Assembly (NCBI GenBank): GCA_963836075.1
Contig: CAWIIB010000009.1
Coordinates: 1,696,001 to 1,760,000 of the forward strand
DNA from: an uncultured Acidobacteriota bacterium
GTDB taxonomy: Bacteria; Acidobacteriota; JAQAZP01
Length of the DNA stretch: 64,000 nt
Direction of reading: 5' to 3'
In this document: positions 49,833 to 61,331 of the stretch, piece after piece
How the letters are laid out: each line of letters opens with the position of its first letter
Position numbering within the stretch: the first letter of the stretch is position 1
The notes under the pieces: model-generated
What the model was told of the DNA's origin: nothing
What the model saw: only the letters and a program-made list of their open reading frames with translations
Databases searched by the model: none
Translations under genes and position numbers: made by a program

Positions 49833-52304
49833 ATGCTCGGCCAGACCATCTCTCACTACAGGATTGTCGAAACCCTCGGCGAGGGCGGTATGGGCGTGGT
49901 CTACAAGGCCCAGGACCTGAAGCTCGACCGCCAGGTGGCCCTCAAGTTTCTTCCCACGCATCTCAGTTCGGATGAAGAGGTGAAGAAGCGGTTCATCCGC
50001 GAAGCCCGGGCCGCTTCGGCCCTGGACCACCCCAATGTTTGTCCAATACACGAGATCGACGAAACCGAAGACGGGCGGATGTTCATCGCCATGGCTTACT
50101 GTGAGGGCGAGTCGATCAGGCAGATGCTCTCCAGGGGCCCGCTGGAACCGGCGGCAGCCATGGATTACGCGCGGCAGGTGGCCGAGGGCCTGGCCCGGGC
50201 CCACGAAAAGGGGATCGTGCACCGGGACGTCAAGCCGGCCAACATCATCGTCTCCGGCGACGGCGTGGCCCGGATCGTCGACTTCGGCCTGGCCAAGCTT
50301 GCCGGGGAGAGCAGGGTGACCCGGACTGGCAGCACCCTGGGCACCGCGGCCTACCTCTCACCGGAGCAGGCCCGCGGAAGCGACGTGGACCAGCGAAGCG
50401 ACATCTGGTCGCTGGGCGTGGTGCTCTACGAGATGGCCACCGGGCAACTGCCCTTCAAGGGTGATCACGAGCATGCGGTGGTCCACTCGATCCTAAACGA
50501 TGACCCGTCATCGGCATCAGATATACGACCGGCAATTTCAGCGGAACTTGATGATGTGATCCACAGGGCGCTGCTCAAGGATTCCCTGGAGAGGTATCAG
50601 GACGCCGGGGAACTGGCGGCCGATCTGCGGCGGATCAAAGAGTGGGAATCGGGTGAGGCGGCCGCGCCTCCCGTGATCCGCAGCCCGCGAAAGGGCTACC
50701 GGAAACCGTGGGGCGAACAGCCGCGGATCCGGTCACCATGGGTAATGGTTCCGCTTGCCATTATCCTGCTCTCGGTGATTGCGCTCACCTCATACTTCGG
50801 CTTCGGTCGTCGAGGGGAACCGGCCGGGAGCGGTGGAAACGGAGGGCGGGCGTCATCGGCGGCAGCAGGGGCCGTAGCGGCAGTGGCAGGGGACTCGGTG
50901 CAGTGGGAGAACTCGATCGCGATCCTGCCCTTTAACGACGCCAGTCCGGATCGGGACCAGGAGCACTTCTGCCGCGGAATGGTGGAGGCGATCAGCGAGA
51001 AACTGGGCCGGGTCAGCAACCTGAAGGTCGTCTCGCCGCGGGTGACCATGAAATTCAGGGACGGCTCAACTTCGATCAGGGAGATCGGCAGGGAACTGGG
51101 TGTGAACACCGTGCTGGAGGGCAGCGTTCTCACCGACACGGCCAACATCCGCCTGGTGGTCCGCCTGGTGAACACGGCGGACGAGTCAACCATCTGGTCC
51201 GATACCTACACCCTTGAAGCAACAGACAGCTTTCAGGTCCAGGACGAGACATCGGTGACCATTGCCAGGGAAATGAAGTTCGCCCTGGATCCCAAACCGC
51301 ACCAGGCCTTCGAGGCCGGCTTGCCGGCCAACCCCGAGGCCTACGAATACTACTTGAGGGCCCGGCACTATATCAGCACGTACTACAATTCAGAGGACGA
51401 GCGGGACTACAACGCGGCGATCAGCATGCTGGACAAGGCGATGGAACTGGAGCCGGACTATGTGCTGGGCTACTGCGGTTACGCCATGGCCTGTTCGACG
51501 TATTGCGCCAACACCGGTGATCAAACCGATGAGATGTGGTCACAATTGACGCTCCATGCGGAAAAGGCCTACGAACTGAACCCGGACATAGCCCACTCGA
51601 ATGCACTGATGGGCTACATTCGCTGGAACGGGATGGATATCGACGGTGCCTATGGTTACCTCAAGAAAGCCGTGGACGCCGATCCGCTGCTCTTCGAATC
51701 CAACCATTTTTCGGGAATCCTCCTTTGGACCCTGGGGCTCAATCTGCAGGCGATACCGCACTTCAAGAAAGCCCTAAAGCAGGAACCGTTCAGCTACAAG
51801 GTCCAGCTCTTCCTCGCCGACAACTATGCCCGGATCGGCGACGAGGAGGGCTACTGGGAGCAGCTGCGGATCGCTGAAGAGATCGAGCCGGTCTCCGGCG
51901 ACCTGTTCATGCGCCAGGCCATCGGGTATGTCGAAAGGGGAGACTACGAAAAGGTGGAGGAAATCATCGCCCTGGCCCGCGAAAACGGCCTCGAAGGCTG
52001 GACAATCGGGGCGCAGGCGCTGATGTACGCGAAACAGGGTCGGCGGGAGGAAGCGCTCGCGCTGAATCAATCCTCCTTCGTCTATGCGCTGCTGGGAATG
52101 AACGATGAAGCGATCGAAGCGATCGAACAGATGGAACAATACAGGGGGGGATTTGGCTATGCTTACAGCCTGTTCGCCTCCTGGATGAGCCTGACCAACA
52201 GCCCCTTCTATGCCAACCTCCGTGACGATCCCCGCTTCCTGGAGATCGTCGTCCGGCAGCACGAAATCTACGATGAGCGGCTGAAGAAATACGGCGATCT
52301 CTAA
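49833..52304 (+). CDS. Hanks-type Ser/Thr protein kinase with TM segment, TolB-like domain and TPRs
   Basis: LGEGGMG, VALK, HRDVKPAN, DFG, YLSPE, DIWSLG; SIAILPF; TPRs. Confidence 0.92.
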   Translation: MLGQTISHYRIVETLGEGGMGVVYKAQDLKLDRQVALKFLPTHLSSDEEVKKRFIREARAASALDHPNVCPIHEIDETEDGRMFIAMAYCEGESIRQMLSRGPLEPAAAMDYARQVAEGLARAHEKGIVHRDVKPANIIVSGDGVARIVDFGLAKLAGESRVTRTGSTLGTAAYLSPEQARGSDVDQRSDIWSLGVVLYEMATGQLPFKGDHEHAVVHSILNDDPSSASDIRPAISAELDDVIHRALLKDSLERYQDAGELAADLRRIKEWESGEAAAPPVIRSPRKGYRKPWGEQPRIRSPWVMVPLAIILLSVIALTSYFGFGRRGEPAGSGGNGGRASSAAAGAVAAVAGDSVQWENSIAILPFNDASPDRDQEHFCRGMVEAISEKLGRVSNLKVVSPRVTMKFRDGSTSIREIGRELGVNTVLEGSVLTDTANIRLVVRLVNTADESTIWSDTYTLEATDSFQVQDETSVTIAREMKFALDPKPHQAFEAGLPANPEAYEYYLRARHYISTYYNSEDERDYNAAISMLDKAMELEPDYVLGYCGYAMACSTYCANTGDQTDEMWSQLTLHAEKAYELNPDIAHSNALMGYIRWNGMDIDGAYGYLKKAVDADPLLFESNHFSGILLWTLGLNLQAIPHFKKALKQEPFSYKVQLFLADNYARIGDEEGYWEQLRIAEEIEPVSGDLFMRQAIGYVERGDYEKVEEIIALARENGLEGWTIGAQALMYAKQGRREEALALNQSSFVYALLGMNDEAIEAIEQMEQYRGGFGYAYSLFASWMSLTNSPFYANLRDDPRFLEIVVRQHEIYDERLKKYGDL

Positions 52305-52310
52305 TGCTGC

Positions 52311-54971
52311 TCAGAAAGAGAACTTTAGTCCTGCCACGAAGGTACCGGCCTCCATCCAGGTGTCGGCCTCGCCCCAACTCTGGTTGTCATACCACACGCG
52401 GCTCAGCACGAACTGGTTGTTGGTCACGTTGTAGGCGTCAAGGGTCAGGCTCAATACCGTTTCACCGATATTGATGCCCTTGGTCAGCCGCAGGTCGAGT
52501 TGCCAGGCATTCCCCAGGCGATGGGAGCCGGGCCGGTCGACATGATAAAAATACCCACCGTAATATATGTTAAAAGCGCCCTGGGCAGTCCCCGGAAGGA
52601 GATAATCTTGAACATCACCGAGCCGGTAATAGGGTGTGCCGGTACGCCACCTGAAAACAGCGCCGAGGATGATTCCCCATGGCATGTGGTACGCGCCGTT
52701 GAATTTGACATGGTGGCGAATGTCCCAGGGGAGCTCGCCATAGTGGTTGAAGTAGCGGAGCTCGGCAAAGTCGCCGAAGGGCTGTGTGCCCTCGTGGTTG
52801 AAGTCACCCATTGAACCCTCGGCCCTGGAGAGCGTGTAGGCAAGGTAGAACTGGCTGTTGCCCGAGAGCCGCTTCCGCAGTTGCAGGTCAAGGCCCCGGT
52901 ACTTCCGTTTCCCATCCGGGAGATTGGTGAAGTAATACTTGATTGTTGTCTCCTCCCCGCTGCGGATGGCGTCTTCGTTGCCGATGATATCTTCGATCAT
53001 GTTGTCCTGCCAGGAATAGCTGAGCCTGATCGCTGCCGAATAGTCAATGGCGAACTCGAACTCGTACCCGGCGGTCAGTTCATCCTTGAAGTTTGCCATG
53101 AGGTATGGATCCACCAGGGTGAGGTTGTCTTCCGGAGTAGTGTGGGAAGTCTCTTCCCAATCGCCGGTCTCGTAGTCGCCCTGATATTGCCAGGACTCGT
53201 TCTGCCGGCGGTTCAGATTCTGGCCGAGATACGTGCCCACGGCGTCGAAGTAACGGCCGTAACCAAGATGCACCTTGCTGCGTCCGTCCCCCCCGATGTC
53301 CCAGACGATGCCCGACCGCGGGGCGATAAGGTTGTCCAGCCGGTAGACCCGCTCACCCAGGTCGTTCTCCTGGGTCTGGGTCTCCCAGCGCAGACCCAGG
53401 TTGAAGGTCCACTTCTCATTCCAGTTCCAGCTGTCCTGGGCAAAGAACGTGAGGATATCGCCGCCGTTGCTGTACAGAAGGTCACTGGTTCGATTCAGCA
53501 GGTCCGGGCGGCCGTTGGGGCGGTTGATGATGTAGCTATCGGGATAGATCTCGTAACCCTCCAACTCGAATGTTTGGTATTCCGCTCCGAACTTGAAGTT
53601 GTGCGCACCGGCCCAGTCGCCCCGGTAGTAGTTGAGGGTTGCGGAGTAGAGGTCACGGGGGTGTTTTTCTTCGGGTACTGGCGGAGATATTTCCAGAGAT
53701 AATACTTCCATCGCCATTCCGGTTGTCCACGATGCGGTCGTCTCGCACGCCGGCGGAGGCCGGACCAACGGTCAGGTTCACAGTGTGCGTGGCCATCCTG
53801 GCCTCAAGGAAGAGGTTTGGTGTGAAGATGCTGGTCCAGAGCAGTGATCCCAGGCCGCTGCCTTCCTCTTCTACCGAATAGGCGCTTTCCATGATATCCG
53901 GGTCCTGTGAGTCCTTGCTGTCGATGGTGGTGGGGGTCGCCACATACTGGCCAACGATCTTGTTGTTCGGGTTCACCTGCCAGCTCAGCTTGAGCAGCAG
54001 TTCCTCGTAGATCTCGTTCCGCTTCACCTCCTCTTCGAAGTTGTTGATCCCCGTGATTCGGCGGGTCAGGTTGTTGTATGAGGCGAAAAACCAGAGTCTG
54101 TCTCTGAGCACCGGCCCACCCAGTGAGATCCCCGGTTCGACCTCGTAGAAGCTGTCCTCCTCAACATTGGTGCGGTCGGCCTGCTGGTGACGTTTGAGGT
54201 CGAGGTTGGTGTAGTAGACCGGCACCGTCCCATGGAACTCGTTGCCGCCCGATCTGGTGACCACATTGGAAATCGCTCCAGTGGCTTTCCCGTACTCGGC
54301 CTCCAAGCCCCCGGTGAGCGTCGTGACTTCCTGAACTGCTTCATAGCTGACCTTCAACCCGAAGTTCCCTGATGCGCTGTCGGTGGTGTCCATGCCATCG
54401 ACGAGGAAAACATTGTCGAACCAGGAGGCGCCGTGGCTGCGGATGTTGTAGAAATCGGTAGCTACTATACCGGGGACCATGTTTATGGCGGAGAAATAGG
54501 TTCGGCCATTGGGGATGTCATCCATCAATTCAGACGAGATTGTGTCACTGATGGTGGACGCCTTTGTGTCGACCATCGGTGTCTCGGCGACCACGGTGAT
54601 CTCGTAGTGGCTTCCTGTATCTGCCGTCAGGGTGAAATCCGCCCGGGCCTTGGTGCCCATTTTCACCTTGATGTCGGTTTGGACTACCTTCTGGAATCCA
54701 TCAAGGAATACGGCAACCTGGTATCCCTGTCCCACCGGCACCAGGGGGATGCGGTAGATTCCTTCGGTATCGGTGACTGCCTGTTGCTCGCCCGGCAGGG
54801 CGGGACCGGTGATGGATATAACCACCCCAGGCAGGGGATCTCCCGCCTGATCAACAATCAGGCCGGACAGGCTGCCGTCCTGTGTAGCGGCAACGGTATC
54901 AGTCATGCCCGGAGGAGGAGGAGGAGAAAGAGGATCGGGAGCAACAGCCGGTGGACCTGCCTGGTCTTCAT
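52311..54971 (-). CDS. Oar-type TonB-dependent receptor with carboxypeptidase-regulatory-like N-domain, two frameshifts (~54910, ~53674)
   Basis: GGAGG RBS plus signal peptide MKTRQVHRLLLPILFLLLL; GDPLPGV, AEYGKATG, SGGNEFHG, LGGPVLRDRLWFF, NLGLRWE; ends GLKFSF. Confidence 0.82.
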
Positions 54972-55364
54972 GGTGATCCCTCCAAAGGGCTCCTCCTTTC
55001 AGACATGAACTATGATGGATGTGAACGGATTTAGAGGTGCAGGTGCAGGTGTAGGGGGCAGGAGGTGGCGCGTTCAATTGTGACGGCTCAAAGGTTCAAC
55101 AGATGTATGAAATAAACGTGCGACCTATGACTGTATTTGTCAAGTGGTAATTTCATTTCATTTGAGGTTATTCAATTAAGGTTTTTTATTGCAATGAATA
55201 ACATGATCATCCTTCTGATGGTTGGCGATCGCAACCTGACTCAGCTCGGTTCCCAGGCCCCATACTGAGTTCCCGTCCGAGGCGGTGCTAAAGTTCCGGC
55301 GGCAGTACACGGTGATGTACTGCCTGTGCTTAGAGGGCTCTAACCGCGTACGAATGTACCAGCT

Positions 55365-56888
55365 TCAGGATCCGCCACCCTGGCCGAGGAAGGTGATCGA
55401 GGACGGTGCCGAGGCCACGGGTTCGCCCAGGGCGCTCTGGCCAACAACCCGCCAGTAGAGGGATCTCTGCAGGGGGGGGAGATTCCAGAGCGCCTGCCAA
55501 TTGAAAAGCGCCGGCGTGTAGCTTTCGCCGCTGATCCACCCCGGGCCGATGCCGCACTGCGAGGGCATGGCCGCCACCGAGCCGCTGAAGTCGGGCTGCC
55601 GGCAGAACTGCAGACGGTAGTGGGAGGCGCTTTTGCTTTTCCAGACAAAGGTCGGCGGCTGGAAGAGGGGCACACTGGCCTTGGCCGAGGGGGCCAGCAG
55701 GACGATGTCCGCTTCTCCCACCGTGGCCCTTGCCGGACCATACAGGTTGCTGCGTCCTTCGAAATCGATATCTTGCAGCTTGTAGAAATATGTGGTGCCG
55801 GTGCGGACGCCGGTGTCCTCGAACTCATAGACCGCACCCCAGCTGACACCGCCCTGCGCCGGGATCATGGTGTCGGTGATCCGGGAATAGTCCGTTGACG
55901 CCACGTCGGTCCGCCAGAGGTGAAAGCCGGCCGTATCATTCTCGGAGGCGGTTTCCCAGGCCAGAGCCGCGCTATGTTCCCGCCCGTCTGCGGTGAAGGA
56001 GGCCAGGTCGATCAGGGTCGCGCCGCCGCCAAAGGTCAGGACGTCACCAAAAGTGATCGGGTTGTTCAGCGGCTCCGTGGTGCCCGGGTCCATCATCAGA
56101 TCCTTTTGCAGGGGGTCGGAGTTGGACCGCGCCGTGCTGTAGAACATAGCCAGGGGGGTATCGGGATAGATCAGCTGGTCGCCCGAGAGGTTTTTAAAGG
56201 CGATCAGCGGCACCTGCAGGTCGAACCAGGTACCTGGTTGTCCCCGTCGCACAGGTTATCGCCATCCATCCGCACCGTGACGTGGTTGTATGTCTGGACA
56301 CCGCCGCTGCCGGCAGCGACGAAGGTGTCCACCGTGTCGGTGGTCTCCTCGATGCCATTGCCCTCCAGGTCGCTGTAAAAAACCCAGAGCAAATCTTCAA
56401 CCTGTGAAGCCTCGGTGCCGTCAATGGCCAGGACGAACTCCTTGTATCCGTCGCCATCGATGTCGATCAGCACGTCCCACGTGGAACTGACAAAGCCCTT
56501 GGCCGCTCCATTTTCCGTGGGATCGGCGCCCACACGCAGGCGGAACAGCACGAAATCATCGTTCATGGTCGAGGGTGTAGTCCGGGTCGTATGGCGTTCC
56601 GCCGTCGTAGTAGGCCCAGAGCACGCTGGGTTGGCCGCCGGGGGCCGCGCCGTCGGCCGAGCAGGAGGCGATGTCTGCCGAAGCGGGCCGCACCGCCGCA
56701 CCGCCATTGGACGGGTCGGAGGACCCCTCGTGATCGGTGATTGCGACAAATCCTGACGTGTAGATGTTAAAGATCGGGAAACTTCTCCAGGGCGTGGGCG
56801 TATCCGTGGTGCCGGCGAAAAGGTCGGAATAACTGCCGGCAATCGTCAGCACAAATAAAATCAGCACTATCCCGTATGTGAATTTCAT
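55365..56888 (-). CDS. Secreted protein with Asp-rich and Ig/Fn3-like domains, two frameshifts (~56574, ~56230)
   Basis: Signal peptide in 56556..56888; DIDGDG in 56204..56842; LASFTA...LAWETASENDTAGFHLWR...YFYKLQDID in 55365..56252. Confidence 0.6.
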
Positions 56889-57135
56889 ATACCCCTATCC
56901 TTTGTTGGAATTGGCCTGTTTTGTTACATCTGAAATACAATAATCCCTGACTCTTATCGGCATACTGCGGTATTTCAATCACCTGGAATCGCTTACCGCA
57001 ATCGGCGGCAGCTGAAACAAATCCCGCCATACTTCGTTGTATTTCATGTGATCACCACACCGGGGTCCACCTGTCTCCAGCGGACGATCCGCGGCGGTGG
57101 TCCCCCATTTCTTCTACGTTATCATGGAGGACGCG

Positions 57136-57612
57136 ATGAAACGAACGGCACTGGTTCTGGCCACTGTCTGTCTCCTTGCCTGGCCGCTCTGCGCCATGGG
57201 CGGAGAGGTGAGCGACGCCGACAAGGCCGCCATCAAGCAGACCGCAATGGACTATGTGGACGGCTTCTACTCGTCGAGCCCCGAGCGGATGGACAAGGCG
57301 CTGCACCCCAACCTGCAGAAGGTGACCCTGCACACCCTGCCCACCGGACGGACCCTGCTGGATTTCAACGGCGTGGCGGCCAACCTCAAGGAATACGCCT
57401 CAGCCGGTCTGGGGGGAAAACCTGAGGACGAGCGGCAAATCGAGGTCACCATCCTCGATGTCTTCGACAGCATCGCCACGATCAAGATCGATTCGGCCGA
57501 TTTTCTCGACTACGCCCACGTTGCAAAAATTAGCGGCGAGTGGAAGATCATCAACGTCCTCTGGGCCCCGCACCGCAAGGCGCCTGCGGGCGAAGCGGCC
57601 AAGAACGAATAA
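57136..57612 (+). CDS. Secreted NTF2-like (putative lumazine-binding) protein
   Basis: Signal peptide; DYVDGFY...ERMDKALHP; DYAHVAKISGEWKIINVLW. Confidence 0.8.
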   Translation: MKRTALVLATVCLLAWPLCAMGGEVSDADKAAIKQTAMDYVDGFYSSSPERMDKALHPNLQKVTLHTLPTGRTLLDFNGVAANLKEYASAGLGGKPEDERQIEVTILDVFDSIATIKIDSADFLDYAHVAKISGEWKIINVLWAPHRKAPAGEAAKNE

Positions 57613-57630
57613 CCCCGGGGAGAATATGTG

Positions 57631-58221
57631 ATGAACAGGTGGATTGCTTTCGTGATGCTTGCCCTGCTGGCCCTGTTTTCTCCTCTCCTGGCCCAGGAGG
57701 AGGAGGCGAAGCAGCCGATCAAGCCGGTGCTGCTGGTGATCGACGTCCAGAACAAGTACATCCCGATGATGGACGAGAAGGAGCAGGGACCGGCGATGCG
57801 GATGGTCAACGGGGCGATCTGGCAGTTCCGGCAGTTCAACATGCCGGTGGTCCGGGTCTACCACACAGACCCCAAGTGGGGGCCGGAACCAGGGAGCGAG
57901 GACTTCGAGTTCCCTGAATCGGTGATCGTCACCGACGAGGACCCGAAAATCGTCAAGAACCACGCCAGCGCCTTTCAGGACACCGAGCTGGACAAGGTGC
58001 TGAAGGAGATGGAGGCCAACACCGTCTTCATCTGCGGCCTCAGCGCCACCGGCTGCGCCCTGGCCACCTATTTTGGTGCCCTCGAACGGGGTTACAACGT
58101 CTTCATGGTGGAGGGGGCGCTGCTCAGCGGTGACGCCGAACACACCGAGGTGATCAAGGACATCCTCGACTCGGTGACCTGGGGCGGGTTGGAGCTGATT
58201 CTCAGGGGGGCGTCAAGGTAG
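57631..58221 (+). CDS. Isochorismatase-family cysteine hydrolase with signal peptide
   Basis: LLVIDVQN, K...SAF, GLSATGC. Confidence 0.85.
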   Translation: MNRWIAFVMLALLALFSPLLAQEEEAKQPIKPVLLVIDVQNKYIPMMDEKEQGPAMRMVNGAIWQFRQFNMPVVRVYHTDPKWGPEPGSEDFEFPESVIVTDEDPKIVKNHASAFQDTELDKVLKEMEANTVFICGLSATGCALATYFGALERGYNVFMVEGALLSGDAEHTEVIKDILDSVTWGGLELILRGASR

Positions 58222-58275
58222 TGGGAATGACATGTTTGTCATCGCTCTCTGAGCATGGAAAGTGCTGTTCCCTGC

Positions 58276-59138
58276 TCATGTGGCGGCGATTCGTTTTTTG
58301 ACCGCAACGATGTCAAAGTCCCGGGGAACGAAGAGGTAGTCGTTGGTATCTACGCTCTCCGGGCTCCACTGCTTGAGAATGATGCCGTCGATCGCTTCGA
58401 TACTGAGGGCGTCGTTGCGGTGGTTCAACCGGTAGAGCCTGTACCCCACTGATTCAGTTTTTCCACCATTGCATCGGCTCGCTGCTGCACATCGGGCAGG
58501 AACTCCCCGCTGTGGGCATCCAGCACTTCGCAAATGATTGCGGGCTGTTGCTGCGCCAGGAACGCTTCCATTCCGTCGAGGACGAGACTTTCCGCCCCCT
58601 CGACATCGATTTTCACCAGGGCCACCGTCTGGTCCTTCCAGAAGTCGAGCTCGTCGAAGCGGAAGACCGGGATGCTGGCAACATCTTCCTCCGCGTAGTG
58701 TCCCGGCCGGAAGTTCTCGATGATCGTGGCGCCCGAATCACTTTCGTCCGTGAGGTACAGCTTCTGGATTCCCGTGGTTCGAGAGAGCCCAACGGGGATC
58801 AACGTGGCCCTGGTGATCCGGTTGGTCCGGATGAGCGTGTCGATGTACGAGAGACAGTGCGCATTTGGTTCAAAGCCGAAGTAGTGGAGATCGTAAATAC
58901 TCTTGAACAGGAGAAGCGTCTGTCCCAGGTTTGTCCCCACATCCACAAATGAGCTCTTCTCCGGCAGCGCCATTGACTGCAACAGTGTTCCCATCCACTT
59001 CTCTTTTCCATAGAGCAGCGTCAAGCCGGTTTTCCGGATGACCGGAATTTTGAAAGTCCGGTTGTTGAACCGGGCCGGCACCGTGAAATTGAAAATCATC
59101 AACAGCGGATTGAGCAGTGCTTTTATCATGGCCTTCAT
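58276..59138 (-). CDS. FkbM-family methyltransferase, frameshift near 58445
   Basis: VDVGTNLG, FEPN, VKIDVEGAE; C-terminus GYRLYRL...NDYLFVP continues in 58276..58533. Confidence 0.82.
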
Positions 59139-59368
59139 CGGTGCGACCCTCTTAGAAGCGGAGCTATCCGTTCATTGCATGGCAGAATCGAATCAGTTTC
59201 CTGGGCGCCTTCCCGGCACCTTTGCACCATGTTTTTTTTACCAGTATACGCTCTTCTCTCCTCATCCGTCTCATGGTTCAGGGGCTCGGTCCTGGAAGGA
59301 AGAGACCGCTGCAGCTCTCCCCAACACAAGGGTGAAAGTGATACACTGTCCCCGCAGGAGGTTCCACT

Positions 59369-61156
59369 GTGCGTTTTTCTCGCCTCATCGCCATCACTCT
59401 CCTCTTCGTCCTCGATATCCTGGTGTGTACCACCGGGGCGATTGCTTCCGAACCTGACATCCCTGACGGCATGGCCGTCGAGATCGTGCTCGACGACTTC
59501 GAGACCCAGTTCCCCGCTTTTCACCAGGGCACCCGCTACGATCTGGCCGGCTGGGACGCCGCCCGCTCGGTGGTGGGGCTGGTGGTGGACCGGGCGGAGC
59601 TGGAAGCGCTCCGAGAGGAGGGCTATGAACCGGAAGTGGTGGCCCGGGCCACGCGGGGCGGTGTCGATCCCGAATACGTGGATTACGAGGAGATCCTCGC
59701 CCGCCTGCAGGAGATCGAGGGGGACTACCCAGCCATTGCCCGGGTGGTCAACCTCAACCAGGAGCTGGGTACGCCGCTGACCAGCGAAGGCCGGGCGCTC
59801 TGGGCGCTGAAGGTCTCTGACAACGTCCAGCTTGCCGAGGACGAACCGGCCTTCGTGGTGGACGGCGTCCACCACGCCCGCGAACTGGTCACTCCACTGG
59901 CTGTGCTCGACATCGCCGAGACCCTGACCCAGCGCTACGGCGGCAACCCCAGCGCCACCGCCTGGGTCGACGGTTACGAGATCTGGCTCATCCCGGCGGT
60001 CAATCCCGACGGCCTGGAATATGTCTTCGACGTCTACGACATGTGGCGCAAGAACCGCACCTATTTTCCCCTGGTCGATGAATACGGGGTGGACAACAAC
60101 CGCAACTATTCCTTTCTCTGGGGAGAGTGCGGAGCTGTGAGCAGCGATCCGTACAGCGATCTTTTCATCGGGCCTGCTCCTGAGTCGGAGGCCGAGACCC
60201 GGACCGTCGAGGCGCTGATGGCCCGGGAAAAACCGGCGGTCTACGTCAGTTACCACAGTTACGGCCAGGAGGTGCTCTATCCTTACGTCTGCGCCACCCT
60301 GGCCGAGACGGCGCTCTACCATGAAATCCGCGACGGGTACGCTGGACAGATGAGTTATGGTACCCGCCTCGCCTCGGCCAGCGGGGAGAGTTTCGAGGAT
60401 GCCTACAACGAACACGGGGCGATCGCCTTCCTCACCGAAACCGCCACCTGGTTCCAGCCCGCTTTCAGCGAGGTGCCGGTGATCCTCGAGCGGATCCGGC
60501 CCGGTTGGACCTACCTGATGGAGCGGGGGCTCAGTTCTTCGCTCACCGGCCGCGTCACCTCCGCGCTCACCGGGGCCCCGCTTCCCGGGGCGACGGTGTC
60601 GGTGCAGGAGGTGGCCTTTGTGGAAGGGGAGCGGCGCAATCCCGAACCGCTCTTTGGCGGCTTCACCCGGCTGCTCCAGCCCGGGACGTATACCGTGGAC
60701 GTCTCCTGTGATGGATACCAGACCCAGGTCCACCCGGTAACCATCGGGGCGGTGCCCTACCGGTTGGAGGTGCAGCTCCAGCCGGTGTCCCTCATCGGCG
60801 CCGGGCTGACCTGCGCTCCGGCTTCGGGCACCCTCCCCTTTGCCGTATCCATCAGCGCCACGCTGCAGAACCTCTACCCCGGCCTGGCCCGGACCGTGGC
60901 CGCCCGGCTCCACGTCACCCTGGCCGACGGGACTCAGCTGCCCAACTGGCGGGCCGGCTTCACCAACGTCCCGGCCGGAGGCGAATATGTCGCCGCCTGG
61001 ACCACCCAGTTGCCGGCCCTGGGTGCGCTGGTGGGGGCGAACCGCTTCCTGCTTTTTGCCGAGGATGTAACCGCCTCGCCCTGGAACCAGCCGCCCTACC
61101 CGCCCTCCGGCAGCACCGGCAGCGCCCAGTGCCTGGTGACCGGCGCCGCGCCCTGA
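59369..61156 (+). CDS. Secreted M14 zinc carboxypeptidase with regulatory-like domain and shared C-terminal domain
   Basis: Signal peptide; HHARE, NPDG, WRKNR, DNNRN, SYHSY; GRVTSALTGAPLPGATV. Confidence 0.9.
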   Translation: MRFSRLIAITLLFVLDILVCTTGAIASEPDIPDGMAVEIVLDDFETQFPAFHQGTRYDLAGWDAARSVVGLVVDRAELEALREEGYEPEVVARATRGGVDPEYVDYEEILARLQEIEGDYPAIARVVNLNQELGTPLTSEGRALWALKVSDNVQLAEDEPAFVVDGVHHARELVTPLAVLDIAETLTQRYGGNPSATAWVDGYEIWLIPAVNPDGLEYVFDVYDMWRKNRTYFPLVDEYGVDNNRNYSFLWGECGAVSSDPYSDLFIGPAPESEAETRTVEALMAREKPAVYVSYHSYGQEVLYPYVCATLAETALYHEIRDGYAGQMSYGTRLASASGESFEDAYNEHGAIAFLTETATWFQPAFSEVPVILERIRPGWTYLMERGLSSSLTGRVTSALTGAPLPGATVSVQEVAFVEGERRNPEPLFGGFTRLLQPGTYTVDVSCDGYQTQVHPVTIGAVPYRLEVQLQPVSLIGAGLTCAPASGTLPFAVSISATLQNLYPGLARTVAARLHVTLADGTQLPNWRAGFTNVPAGGEYVAAWTTQLPALGALVGANRFLLFAEDVTASPWNQPPYPPSGSTGSAQCLVTGAAP

Positions 61157-61331
61157 CCCTCTCACAAACCCTTACATCGACACCCCATTGTGCCGAATAG
61201 AACTGTGTCAGCCGCAGTGTTGTGCTCCATCCGCTGACAGCGAAGATATTCCTGGCCTGGTCCCGCGGACGCCGCCGTGTGGCAGTGCTGCGGGCCGGAT
61301 TGACTGTACACGTGTGTGGGGGTGCGGCTGG

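Noticed and set aside
54911-54926. (GGA)n tract in the receptor signal peptide as a phase-variation switch
   Set aside because: Trinucleotide slippage keeps the frame; the break is better explained by a single-base loss next to the tract
47841-59138. Decaying pseudogene island
   Set aside because: Breaks are mostly single-base, motif-associated, and without accompanying in-frame nonsense decay, so sequencing error is more likely, though unproven
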